From positions 1-51,055 of the IMG/VR virus record IMGVR_UViG_3300024249_000008: DNA of 51,055 nucleotides; one strand, given 5' to 3'. This DNA comes from a virus (taxonomy: Duplodnaviria > Caudoviricetes). Position 1 is the stretch's first letter; each line of letters begins with the position of its first letter. Made by a program: the position numbers and the translations under genes. The notes below the pieces were generated by a model, which did not search any database, had not been told where the DNA came from, and saw only the letters and a list, made by a program, of their open reading frames with translations. This document shows positions 24,840-34,658 of this stretch, in pieces.

Positions 24840-27836
24840 ATGCCTGTAACGGCTGCAAGTTTAGTTGCAAAAGTAAGTGTTGATGGAGCAGACAAAGCTA
24901 AATCAGACCTTGTGAGTGTTGGCGGAACCGTCAATAAGGTTGGAAGCTCTTTAGGTACAGTCCTTGCAGGGGCGGCTGTGGCGGGTGGTGCTGCCCTTAT
25001 TGGTATTGGTGTAGCATCGGTAAAAGCGGCTGGCAACTTTCAAGAGGGCATGACCTCTTTAATTACAGGAGCAGGGGAAAGCCAGAAAAACCTCAAGGCC
25101 GTATCTGATGGTATTCTCAACATTGCAACTCAGACGGGCGCTAATACTAAACAACTAACTGATGGTATGTATATGATCGAGTCTGCTGGTTTTCATGGTG
25201 CTGCAGGCTTATCGGTCCTACAAGCGGCTGCTGAAGGTGCAAAAGTTGGCAATGCTGATCTAGGAACAGTTGCAGGTGCCGTTACTACGGTAATGCATGA
25301 CTATGCCGCTAGTCATATTTCAGCGACACAGGCTACCAATGCTCTCATTACAACCGTAGCATCAGGTAAGACCCATATGGAAGATTTATCTAGTTCGCTT
25401 GCTGCTATTCTTCCTCTTGCCTCTTCTCTCCATATTCCCTTTGAGCAGGTAGCAGGTGCGGTGGCTACTATGACAAATGCTGGTATGCCTGCACAACAGG
25501 CCACACAAAATTTAGCTTTTGCTGTACGTGCTCTTAATGTAGAAACTCCGAAGGGGGCCGATGCACTCAAGCAGTTTGGACTTTCGGCAGAGGAAGTACA
25601 CAATACGCTTGTATCTAAGGGTTTGCCAACTACCTTACAAATGATTGAGGACCACATAGGAAAACAATTTCCACTGAGTTCTATGCAAGGTCAGCAAGCA
25701 CTGAAAGATATTATGGGTGGTGCTGTAGGTTTGAATGTTGCTCTTATGGTGGGTGGAGACCACATGAAGGAGTATACATCTGATATTGACTCTATTGGCT
25801 CTGCATTGAAGTCAGGTAGCAAAGATGTACAGGGATGGGCTGATGTACAAAAAGATTTCAACTTCAAGATAAGTCAGGCTAAAGAAGTAATAGAAACACT
25901 TTCTATTAAAATAGGTACTGCTTTATTACCAATAGCAAGCCAAGCAGTAGGTATATTTACAACAATGGCAACAGTACTCTCGGATAGGCTAGGAGCTGCA
26001 TTTAATTATGTCTCAAATGCTATAAAAACGATCCACATAGACTCTTTAGCAAATGCATTTCTTATCATGCATAATGCCGTGTCATTCGTTGCACTTGGAT
26101 TAAAAGACCTTTTCAATGCAAATGTTGCTCCATTTTCTAATGCTATATCTTTTCTTAAAGATGAACTGGGCGCTCTTTTCAACATAGTTGGTAAAGTTAT
26201 CGGGATTGTTGTTAATCAATTTGCCTCATCATTTTCAGATGCTTCAAGTTCAGTCTTATCATTTGCTAGAGGTATGACAGACGTTCTTTACAATGCCTTA
26301 GTTAATATCACACAAGGCATGATGCATCTTAATCAATATTTAAATGGCCTGGATTTAAGCAAGATTTCTGGTGATATCAGTCAACTCGCTGGTTTGCTAG
26401 GAGGACAATTTAGACAAGCATTGCAATTTGTTAGTGATGAAGCTAGACAAATTGGGCAATGGTTCCAATCAAGTGTTGTGCCAGCTCTCAAACAAGCTGA
26501 ACCTGGATTCGCAAATTTAGCACAAGTCATTTTAGGAACCGTCCTACCTGCATTGATACAGATACGCGGCGTAGTTATGGACGTAGCAGAACACGCATTC
26601 AAGGCACTACTCCCAATTATTGAGATGCTTATACCTCCTCTCATTGTGCTTGCTGGCAATATAGCTAATGGTTTAGCTGTAGCATTGCGTGTCATAGCTC
26701 CTATCGTTGTTGGGGTCGTCAAGGGAATAGGCGATCTAGCTAATTTCCTCATAGGCATCCTAGCACCTGTCATCAAGCAAATTGTCGTAACATTTAACAC
26801 GCAATTGTTACCAGCCATTATGGGATTGATGCCTGCATTTAGAGCATTACAACCACTACTGACAGGAGTAGCCGTTGTCATCGGGGGAGTGCTAGCAATT
26901 GCGCTAGGCTTACTTGTTGGGTTGTTTGTGGGGGTTGTCAAAGGGGCGGCTGCTCTCCTCACAGGACTAATACAAGCATTTGGCGGTATCGTTCAGATGA
27001 TCAGTGGTGCGGTACAAATCATATCAGGAATAATTGGGTTGTTAGTTGACATATTTACAGGCAATTTCAGTCACATCAAGGCTGATCTCCAATCATTTGT
27101 TAGTGGTGTACTTTCGCTATTTACTGGTTTCGGCAACGTATTTATGGGTATCTTTGGTGGGCTATTCCTCGGTATCTGGGGACTCGTATCTGGCTTCGTG
27201 CAAGGGGTAATTGGCTTCTTCATGCATCTTTACGATACGCTTGTTGGACATTCTATCATTCCCGACATGGTTAACGGTATCATTTCATGGTTCCAACAAC
27301 TACCGGGCCGGGCCCTAGCTGCCATCTCCTCACTTGCTAGTTCCATAGGTGGCTTCTTTTCCAATTTGGCAGGACAGGCTCTAGCGTGGGGGTCTGATCT
27401 TGTCAACGGGATAGCTTCAGGCATCACTTCATCGATTGGATCTGTTATATCGGCTGCATCAAACGTCGCATCGGCAATCTCAAGCATCCTGCATCATACA
27501 AAACCTGAAATCGGGCCATTAGCTCACGACGATGAATGGATGCCTGATTTCATGGAATCTCTAGCAAGTGGCATGAATAGCAATTTAGGCAAGGTAAAAA
27601 ATGCATCTCTGAATGTGGCAACTACTATAGCAGGATCACAATCAAGTTTTGCATCTCCAACAGGAGGATTAGGAGGCTTGTCAGTTGTGCCAAGGAATGT
27701 GCAGGCAGGTTCAGGAAATGTACAAATTACAGTACAACCTGCTCCAATTTACTTAGATGGTCGTGTGTTGGCTAGCTCATTGCTTCCACATACTGTCAAT
27801 GCTATCAGGTCTGCGACAGGAACGCGTAATTTTTAG
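24840..27836 (+). CDS. tape measure protein (TP901-like)
   Basis: 998 aa, Ala/Gly-rich amphipathic repeats; GHSIIPDMV; C-terminal IYLDGR. Confidence 0.92.
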   Translation: MPVTAASLVAKVSVDGADKAKSDLVSVGGTVNKVGSSLGTVLAGAAVAGGAALIGIGVASVKAAGNFQEGMTSLITGAGESQKNLKAVSDGILNIATQTGANTKQLTDGMYMIESAGFHGAAGLSVLQAAAEGAKVGNADLGTVAGAVTTVMHDYAASHISATQATNALITTVASGKTHMEDLSSSLAAILPLASSLHIPFEQVAGAVATMTNAGMPAQQATQNLAFAVRALNVETPKGADALKQFGLSAEEVHNTLVSKGLPTTLQMIEDHIGKQFPLSSMQGQQALKDIMGGAVGLNVALMVGGDHMKEYTSDIDSIGSALKSGSKDVQGWADVQKDFNFKISQAKEVIETLSIKIGTALLPIASQAVGIFTTMATVLSDRLGAAFNYVSNAIKTIHIDSLANAFLIMHNAVSFVALGLKDLFNANVAPFSNAISFLKDELGALFNIVGKVIGIVVNQFASSFSDASSSVLSFARGMTDVLYNALVNITQGMMHLNQYLNGLDLSKISGDISQLAGLLGGQFRQALQFVSDEARQIGQWFQSSVVPALKQAEPGFANLAQVILGTVLPALIQIRGVVMDVAEHAFKALLPIIEMLIPPLIVLAGNIANGLAVALRVIAPIVVGVVKGIGDLANFLIGILAPVIKQIVVTFNTQLLPAIMGLMPAFRALQPLLTGVAVVIGGVLAIALGLLVGLFVGVVKGAAALLTGLIQAFGGIVQMISGAVQIISGIIGLLVDIFTGNFSHIKADLQSFVSGVLSLFTGFGNVFMGIFGGLFLGIWGLVSGFVQGVIGFFMHLYDTLVGHSIIPDMVNGIISWFQQLPGRALAAISSLASSIGGFFSNLAGQALAWGSDLVNGIASGITSSIGSVISAASNVASAISSILHHTKPEIGPLAHDDEWMPDFMESLASGMNSNLGKVKNASLNVATTIAGSQSSFASPTGGLGGLSVVPRNVQAGSGNVQITVQPAPIYLDGRVLASSLLPHTVNAIRSATGTRNF

Positions 27837-27880
27837 CCTACGAGTCTTTAGCGAGATGAGTAGAGGAGAGGAAAACTACA

Positions 27881-28675
27881 ACGACAGATTTTTCATTAAT
27901 TAAGATAGAGGGGAATACCAATGCCTCTACACCGTTTGGCGAGGGTGGCGGTTCCACTACCTGGACCTCGCTCCAATTCTCAGGATCAAGTGGGGCAAAT
28001 GAATTGCGTTTCTGTTCAGCAGGGGCAGTATCAGGAACATCAAGTAGCACACCATCAGCTTCATGGCCTTTTACGACGGTTCCAAGCAGCACAGGTGTTA
28101 TTGCTGATGCATGGCTGTTCACTACGGATACTTCTGGATTAGCTATTAGCACATATGACGGAACAGGTGCGCATTACTTACAATTTCGTTTTAGCTGGAC
28201 TAGCGACGGGCAATTTGCTAGCGCTCCAAGTTATACCATGTATGGCTCTGGGGTCACACACGCATCGGCTGTACCAGGGTCAACAACCATTGTTGGTGCT
28301 GGCGATCCGATAGTAAATGGCAATAATACTGATACAGGAACAGGTTCATCAGGAACAGGAACATGTTACTGTAAATCAACGGTATATGGCTATGGCATCG
28401 ATGCCAGTGGTGTCCAGCAAACACCATCGTCAACCGCAGGAAATACCGGGTTATCAGTAACAACGGGGTCAAATGGTGCTGTAACAAGCGCATCGGGTGC
28501 ATGGTCAAGCTGGCAATCTCTCCAGGCCGATCGACAATTTATCGTCAACGGAATCACACCGCCCACGGGACACGCTGGATTATGGTACTTTTTGCTTTCC
28601 TTATACTCTGGCCCTGGTATGCTTACATCTTCCGCAATAACACCTGTTTTAACGTTTAGTTACACATGGGTTTAG
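27881..28675 (+). CDS. tail structural protein; probable non-canonical ACG start
   Basis: Frame is open from 27860; GAGGAGAGG RBS lies 9 nt before ACG 27881; first canonical start is TTG 28004. Confidence 0.6.
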   Translation, partial: TTDFSLIKIEGNTNASTPFGEGGGSTTWTSLQFSGSSGANELRFCSAGAVSGTSSSTPSASWPFTTVPSSTGVIADAWLFTTDTSGLAISTYDGTGAHYLQFRFSWTSDGQFASAPSYTMYGSGVTHASAVPGSTTIVGAGDPIVNGNNTDTGTGSSGTGTCYCKSTVYGYGIDASGVQQTPSSTAGNTGLSVTTGSNGAVTSASGAWSSWQSLQADRQFIVNGITPPTGHAGLWYFLLSLYSGPGMLTSSAITPVLTFSYTWV

Positions 28676-28687
28676 AAGTGGTGGTAT

Positions 28688-29218
28688 GTGGGAGTAGCTT
28701 CATCCTTGAATGCAATACAATCGGTCATCAATCCAAATAAAAGCTTGTGGTCAGTTGTACTTACTACAGGCAAGATTATTACAGAAGATCAACTAGTCCT
28801 TGATTTTTGTAGAGGTGGCTATCGTCAAATTGATTGGGCGCTTGATCTCAATAGTACTGGTGACTTGCTCAAAATTAAAGAATTATGGCTTGTAACTCCA
28901 GGTGGACATAGGACGGTGTATCAAAACGGCGTAGAAAGGCCGATTGTGCTACAAATTACCGAACCGGGTACAGCATTTCAATTTAAATATGGTTGCCGTG
29001 ATTTTCTTGGTGGAGTAGGGCAAAGCGTAGAAGCTCAGTGTATCGGCAAGATAACAGATAAAGACACAGGTAATTGCGAATGTTGGATCTGGGATCGAGT
29101 GCAAGGCTTGATCGAATACAAGTCTAATATCAATAACTTTGGCATGTGGCGTAAAAACTCAGGATTAATGCCATTGACAAAGTTAAGTCATGATGTGACA
29201 GGGTTAAGATTAGGATAA
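28688..29218 (+). CDS. hypothetical protein
   Basis: ORF in the tail operon. Confidence 0.65.
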   Translation: MGVASSLNAIQSVINPNKSLWSVVLTTGKIITEDQLVLDFCRGGYRQIDWALDLNSTGDLLKIKELWLVTPGGHRTVYQNGVERPIVLQITEPGTAFQFKYGCRDFLGGVGQSVEAQCIGKITDKDTGNCECWIWDRVQGLIEYKSNINNFGMWRKNSGLMPLTKLSHDVTGLRLG

Positions 29219-29251
29219 TCGTAAGAGGTCTTTAAAGGGGGTGGTGGTGGT

Positions 29252-30211
29252 TTGCCAAGTTTAACAACATATCTTACTAATACATCAGATACATTAGTAA
29301 CCACAGCAAATACAATGGTTACAACAAGTGGAGCAGGCAATACCAACAAAAATACACAGGTGGGTAAAGCTACAGGCTATGGGGAACTTTACTCCCACGG
29401 TACTACTGCGGCATGGCCCGCTTCAGGTTCCATAATTGCTCCTGATGGAAACGGCTGGCTCTGGGATGATACAACCCTGGCAGACAACAATGCATCATTT
29501 AGTCCTGGTACATGGACTGCTACCGTTCGCTTAAATCTAAATGCAAACTCTATCACCGCAAACATCCATGTAAGAGTATATCGACGCTCAAGCACAGGAG
29601 TATACAATACAATCGTGTTAATGGTGCTAAATTCGCAAACAATCACAAGTACCCTGACCAACTACACGCTAACAAATACCACTACCTCCACAAGTGCTCA
29701 GTTCCAACCGGGCGATCTTTTATATGCTGATGTGCAACTGCAAATTACAACAAATACCACAAACAGCACTACAACGGTATGTAAGATCAATATTGCTAAC
29801 TCCTCAACTCTGGGGAGTACAGATGCTCAAATTGTTTCACCTGGATATACCACCATTACACCTGTTCAACTAGATGCATCTACACGATTCAAGCTCTCAT
29901 CACAGAAAATATTCAAAAATGCTCCATTAAGACTTCGCCTGTCTTCAGCAGCCAATTTTGTCTTGAAAGATGCTCAAATGAGGCTCAATTTGATTGGCAG
30001 AGCACAAAAAGACGCTGTTTTTAGATTGCGAACTCAGGCATCAGGAGGCATCAAGCTCAATGCTCCTTTCCGTTTACGTGCAAAAAAAGCAACACAACTA
30101 GATGCGGCTATGAGATTTAGGCTGTCTATCTATGCACATTCGGCATTGTTTCCATCTGCTGTAAGACGAACAGGAAGATTTACCCCTGCAATTAGGAGGC
30201 AAACGGTATGA
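29252..30211 (+). CDS. virion appendage protein with six DAxxRxxL-type repeats and an FPSAVRR tail
   Basis: Thr-rich beta domain followed by C-terminal repeats. Confidence 0.7.
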   Translation: MPSLTTYLTNTSDTLVTTANTMVTTSGAGNTNKNTQVGKATGYGELYSHGTTAAWPASGSIIAPDGNGWLWDDTTLADNNASFSPGTWTATVRLNLNANSITANIHVRVYRRSSTGVYNTIVLMVLNSQTITSTLTNYTLTNTTTSTSAQFQPGDLLYADVQLQITTNTTNSTTTVCKINIANSSTLGSTDAQIVSPGYTTITPVQLDASTRFKLSSQKIFKNAPLRLRLSSAANFVLKDAQMRLNLIGRAQKDAVFRLRTQASGGIKLNAPFRLRAKKATQLDAAMRFRLSIYAHSALFPSAVRRTGRFTPAIRRQTV

Positions 30212-30552
30212 GCAATATTTCATATCAGAAGTGGCATCAACATCAAACATACCCAGTTTGGGATATTCCTTTGATGACTGACGAAGGGCCGGATAATATC
30301 ACAGGATTGTCTACTAGCAATATTTCACTTTATTTTCGTGACACATCTACAGTACCACCAACAGATACCATAGGTACAGGCACAATCACAATTCTAAGCA
30401 CAAATCCAGCAGAGATATATTACAAACCATCTACAACAGATGTTGCGTCGATATTTAGCGGTGCAATTGTAATAAAAGCGTATTTTCCATCTGCATTTGA
30501 TACAACAACAGAAGCTGTATATGATGAGATAGCTTTTTCTATAAGCTATTAG
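30208..30552 (+). CDS. BppU N-terminal-like adaptor, paralog 2
   Basis: YPVWDIPLMTDEGPD...EIYYKPS. Confidence 0.6.
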   Translation: MSNISYQKWHQHQTYPVWDIPLMTDEGPDNITGLSTSNISLYFRDTSTVPPTDTIGTGTITILSTNPAEIYYKPSTTDVASIFSGAIVIKAYFPSAFDTTTEAVYDEIAFSISY

Positions 30553-30580
30553 GTAGGTGGGATAGAAGGGGAAAATATCG

Positions 30581-31219
30581 ATGTCATTTAGCAATCAGCC
30601 GTTAGACTCAAATGGAGTCCCGATAGCAAACCTCTATGTACAAGATAGTGGTTTCATTGCAACTGAGGGCAGTACTACAACAGAAACGGACGGGCTAGGA
30701 AATACGTCAACCTGTGTTAATGTCAATATTCATCAGGTCAATGATGCTCTTATCACTACTTACATTGGAACTGACGATATCTTAGGTAATGGAATACTTA
30801 AAGTTATTGCAGCAATGAAAAATGGTGATGGTGGATATGATGAGCCACGGAATAATCAAGATGGCATTACGCTCATCAATGCTAGCAGTGTCACTACGAC
30901 GCAGACAAGCACACAACAAACCAATTACAACGGACGTGGAGCAATCATCATTTTCACAATGATTGATGCTTCAGCAAGTCCAAGTGTTACACTCTCAATT
31001 ACTGGTGTTGAGCCTGTCACCGGGTCAACGTGGACAATTCTCACAGGTTCAGCTATCACAGCTAATGGTGTTCACGTCTATCGAGTCTATCCAAGCCTGA
31101 CAGCCGTAGCCAACACAACGGCAAGCGATATTATACCCCGCACCTGGGAGGTAACGGCAACAGCAAACAATAGCAATAGTGGTACGTACAAAGTAAATGC
31201 AATTATTATGGCAAATTAG
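30581..31219 (+). CDS. beta-rich structural protein
   Basis: Thr-rich; tail operon position. Confidence 0.65.
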   Translation: MSFSNQPLDSNGVPIANLYVQDSGFIATEGSTTTETDGLGNTSTCVNVNIHQVNDALITTYIGTDDILGNGILKVIAAMKNGDGGYDEPRNNQDGITLINASSVTTTQTSTQQTNYNGRGAIIIFTMIDASASPSVTLSITGVEPVTGSTWTILTGSAITANGVHVYRVYPSLTAVANTTASDIIPRTWEVTATANNSNSGTYKVNAIIMAN

Positions 31220-31226
31220 GTGATTT

Positions 31227-31460
31227 ATGATTTATGAATACACAATAGCATGTTTAAAATGTGGGCATAAGTTGGCTAGTGGCAATTTCTCGACACAGGT
31301 GGGCTTGTCTAATGCAGATGTCATGAATAAAGCAGAGCATAATCCGGGCTGTCTTGTACCAGCAAATCGAGATGCAGGCAAAATTAGGATAACAAGTTCT
31401 CTCAGCGAACATGATCACGCAATTGTAACTGAATATTCCATTGAATACAGAAATCAATAG
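31227..31460 (+). CDS. hypothetical protein
   Basis: AGGTG RBS; CLKC. Confidence 0.55.
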   Translation: MIYEYTIACLKCGHKLASGNFSTQVGLSNADVMNKAEHNPGCLVPANRDAGKIRITSSLSEHDHAIVTEYSIEYRNQ

Positions 31461-31463
31461 CTT

Positions 31464-34163
31464 ATGACAAGATACGTAGTTAGGACTCTTGGCGGAACAC
31501 TTCTTGATTATCCAGAGACGTTAGGACTTGTCAATTACAAAGTGCTTATCTCTGGCAGTGAAGTTTTTTCTATCGCTGGACAGCTAAAAATCGATTTAAA
31601 CATTGGTAGACGCTCACAAGCATCTTTCATGGTACACAGTGATGCAAATACGCACTTTCAGCAATATGAGCGCGTTACCATCTTCAATCAAGATGGCACT
31701 CTTGTATTTAGCGGATATCTAACCAACCCTCAAGAACAACAAATAGGCTTCCAATCATCGCTTATTCATACCTTGACTGCAATAGATCAACACTTTCTGG
31801 CTGATAAGAGGATTGTTGCAGGAATTTATCAAAACAAAACGTGTGGGGCAATTGTTGTTGATATTTACAGGAAAATTCTGGCACAAGAAGGCGTACATAT
31901 CGGCGCGATCTATGATGGCTTACTGCCTAGTCCTACACTTTATCCTAGTTCCACACTCTATCCTAATGGCAATATTGGCGCTATTAGCTCAATAACATTC
32001 GCATTTTGCACTGTAGCAGAAGCATTAGATCAGTTAGTCACATTAGCAAGTAGTGCAGGTATTCCGTATTATTGGATGATTGACGAACAAAAAAATCTTT
32101 TCTTTGTTCCATACACGTATTTCACGAATAATATACCTGTTGATGGTACGAACGTTGACCAAGAACACAATCCTTGCAAAGTGCAAAGACAGAATCCGAA
32201 ATACAGAAATCGTGAATGGCTTACGGGTGGAGTCTCCCAGACACCCGTCCAAACACAGGTATTTATTGGTGATGGCAACTCTACTAACTGGACACTTAAA
32301 TATGCGGTTGCGAGTGCTCCACTTATTTTACTCTCTACATCAGGAGCAGGCCAGAACCTCTCACAAATTGTTGGATTAAAAGGCACAAATGGAAGTGAGT
32401 ACTACTGGACGCCTGGAGATGCCACTATCTCACAAGATAGCGGATTGCCAACGCTTGAGCCAACACAAAAGCTCACGGTTATCTACACTGGACAATTCCC
32501 AACTGTTATTAGCACACAAAACAATCCTCAGATAGCAGCTCAGGCACTATTAGACGGTACATCGGGTATCATTGAGGTTGTGGATGATGACAAGAATTTA
32601 ACTGATGCTAATAGCGCCATATTGGAAGCCTCACAACTCCTTACAAGATATTCCGTTCCTGGTACGCAATGCCAATTTACGACGCTAGAAGATACTTATC
32701 GTCCTGGTCAACTCATCACCGTTGATCTACCAAATCACAATCTCAACAATGCTCAAATGCTTATAGAATCTGTGAGCATTATAGATAGCGTGGACAATCT
32801 CAACATCTGGTATCAAGTTACAGCAATTCAGGGGCCATACGATAACAATTGGGTGTCTTTTTTCTCTGATCTGCTCAGAGTGTCACATCCTGCAACAAAT
32901 ATCACGGTTGGCTCTGCCTCAACACCACCAACAGCACCAACACTACTCCTCAAGGATGCAGCAATCAGATTTAGGCTACAAACTTCAGGTGGAGGCGTAA
33001 ATACGCAGGTACTTCAGGATGCAGCAATCAGATTTAGGCTACAGGCACAAAACACAACATCTGTTTCAGCACAATTCACAACTAGTATTCCACTTACAAT
33101 TACAATGACACCAACAGTCTCGACAGGTGGCACATATCCAGTCTTTAGTGGTCCTAGTTCCGGTTGTCCTAGTGGCACAAATGGTATTACGAAATACGCA
33201 ACAACATCAAATCAAGCAATACGTGTCATTGTGTTTAGCGATAATTACAATCAAGGTTTACAAAACACAACTGCAGGTGTTTATGGTGGCAATGTTCTTT
33301 TGTATTGGAGTGACCTTGAAACAAGCAAAGGTGTGTATGACTGGACACAATTAGAAACGGCTATCAAAAAATGGTCCGATCATGGCAAAAAGGCGATTGT
33401 TCGTATTTCAACTTGTGGGCAAAAAGGATGGACATCAAGCCCTCCATCTGGTTTCTATGCACCTAAAGCAGCACAAGGTACGCCTCAATATGTGTTTGAT
33501 GCAGGCGTTTCAAAATATGTTGTCAAGAATTCAACTGTTCCTCAATACTGGAATTCGACATTCGTTTCTAATTTCCAAAAATTTGTTAAGGCATTTGCTG
33601 CACAATATGATGGTGACTCTCGAATTGAATTTATTCAAACGGCGGTTGGTATGGGCGGAGAGTGCAAGCCAGACACGACAGGTAAATCAGGAAGTGAACC
33701 ACTTACAAGCAATCTTAAGAGTATTGGCTTCTCTAATGATATTTGGTTCCAATTCATACAAAATGTAGCCGATACCTATCATTCAGCGTTCACAAGAACT
33801 AAACTTTGTATGATACCGGGTGCATTCTTTGATAGCACGAATTTTTCAGGCAAGCATTCAACGGCTGATGTTGTTAATTATGTGAAGCCTTTAGGATTCG
33901 GTTTGCAAAACGATGGTATTGGTGGTGGTAGCGGTTCTGGTACGACTGTTGCTTACACCCCACCTGATTCAAATTGGGCAGGCGCAGCATTCATTTCGGC
34001 TGAACAGCGTGACCCAACAAGCCAAACAGGAGACAATTTTGAATGCGATATGGAAGCCATGATTTCCTACTGCCAAACAAGTAAGCCGATATATGCACTC
34101 TGCTTTGCTACAGATATTGCATCTAATCCAACAATCATACAGAAATACGGTTCAACGAATTGA
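31464..34163 (+). CDS. tail hub/baseplate protein fused to a C-terminal glycoside hydrolase-like domain
   Basis: N-terminal siphovirus hub-like region (YRPGQLITV); C-terminal WSDLETSKGVYDW...PQYWN...YDGD...GGE resembles a clan GH-A barrel. Confidence 0.75.
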   Translation: MTRYVVRTLGGTLLDYPETLGLVNYKVLISGSEVFSIAGQLKIDLNIGRRSQASFMVHSDANTHFQQYERVTIFNQDGTLVFSGYLTNPQEQQIGFQSSLIHTLTAIDQHFLADKRIVAGIYQNKTCGAIVVDIYRKILAQEGVHIGAIYDGLLPSPTLYPSSTLYPNGNIGAISSITFAFCTVAEALDQLVTLASSAGIPYYWMIDEQKNLFFVPYTYFTNNIPVDGTNVDQEHNPCKVQRQNPKYRNREWLTGGVSQTPVQTQVFIGDGNSTNWTLKYAVASAPLILLSTSGAGQNLSQIVGLKGTNGSEYYWTPGDATISQDSGLPTLEPTQKLTVIYTGQFPTVISTQNNPQIAAQALLDGTSGIIEVVDDDKNLTDANSAILEASQLLTRYSVPGTQCQFTTLEDTYRPGQLITVDLPNHNLNNAQMLIESVSIIDSVDNLNIWYQVTAIQGPYDNNWVSFFSDLLRVSHPATNITVGSASTPPTAPTLLLKDAAIRFRLQTSGGGVNTQVLQDAAIRFRLQAQNTTSVSAQFTTSIPLTITMTPTVSTGGTYPVFSGPSSGCPSGTNGITKYATTSNQAIRVIVFSDNYNQGLQNTTAGVYGGNVLLYWSDLETSKGVYDWTQLETAIKKWSDHGKKAIVRISTCGQKGWTSSPPSGFYAPKAAQGTPQYVFDAGVSKYVVKNSTVPQYWNSTFVSNFQKFVKAFAAQYDGDSRIEFIQTAVGMGGECKPDTTGKSGSEPLTSNLKSIGFSNDIWFQFIQNVADTYHSAFTRTKLCMIPGAFFDSTNFSGKHSTADVVNYVKPLGFGLQNDGIGGGSGSGTTVAYTPPDSNWAGAAFISAEQRDPTSQTGDNFECDMEAMISYCQTSKPIYALCFATDIASNPTIIQKYGSTN
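32953..33043 (+). repeat. 28-bp direct repeat encoding DAAIRFRLQ twice
   Basis: AGGATGCAGCAATCAGATTTAGGCTACA at 32953 and 33016. Confidence 0.85.
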
Positions 34164-34187
34164 TGGTAGGTAGAAGGAAGGTAGAGT

Positions 34188-34586
34188 ATGGCAACGGTAA
34201 CCATGACAAAGACAACCGTAGGGTTAAACTTGCTCAGGGATTCTTTATGGGGGCAAAATGGTGCTACATCTAGAATTCTTTACTTTGCAGTAGGAACAGG
34301 AACCACGACACCATCAACAGGCGATACAAAGCTAGTTTCTGAGGTTTATCGTGCTATATTCCAAACTCTTACAAGTGGAGCAACTGGCGAAGGACACATG
34401 CAGGGGTTTATTGATTTAGCAAATGCTAATGGTTTGACATTGACAGAGGCAGGGCTATGGGGAGGCACATCTGCAACAAGCTCAGCTAATACAGGCATAC
34501 TCATAGCAAGAGGGTTATTTAACCCTACGATACCTAAGAATAGCGGGAGCACAATCACCATAGATTTTGACCTGACCTTTAGCTAA
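34188..34586 (+). CDS. tail fibre/baseplate-associated protein
   Basis: GLNLLRD...AVGTGTT...DTKL..E...LTEAGL pattern. Confidence 0.75.
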   Translation: MATVTMTKTTVGLNLLRDSLWGQNGATSRILYFAVGTGTTTPSTGDTKLVSEVYRAIFQTLTSGATGEGHMQGFIDLANANGLTLTEAGLWGGTSATSSANTGILIARGLFNPTIPKNSGSTITIDFDLTFS

Positions 34587-34604
34587 TAGATTAAAAAAGA
34601 GTAC

Positions 34605-34637
34605 AATAAAAGGTAGGTATTGCTCTAATACCTACCT
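34605..34637 (-). terminator. terminator of the minus-strand HNH gene
   Basis: 11-bp IR AGGTAGGTATT/AATACCTACCT with a T-run on the minus strand. Confidence 0.75.
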
Positions 34638-34658
34638 AGTAGTGGGGAGGATTGGTGG

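Noticed and set aside
25313-27487. Minus-strand ORFs within the tape measure gene
   Set aside because: Shadow ORFs of an Ala/Gly-rich gene, with no RBS or domains
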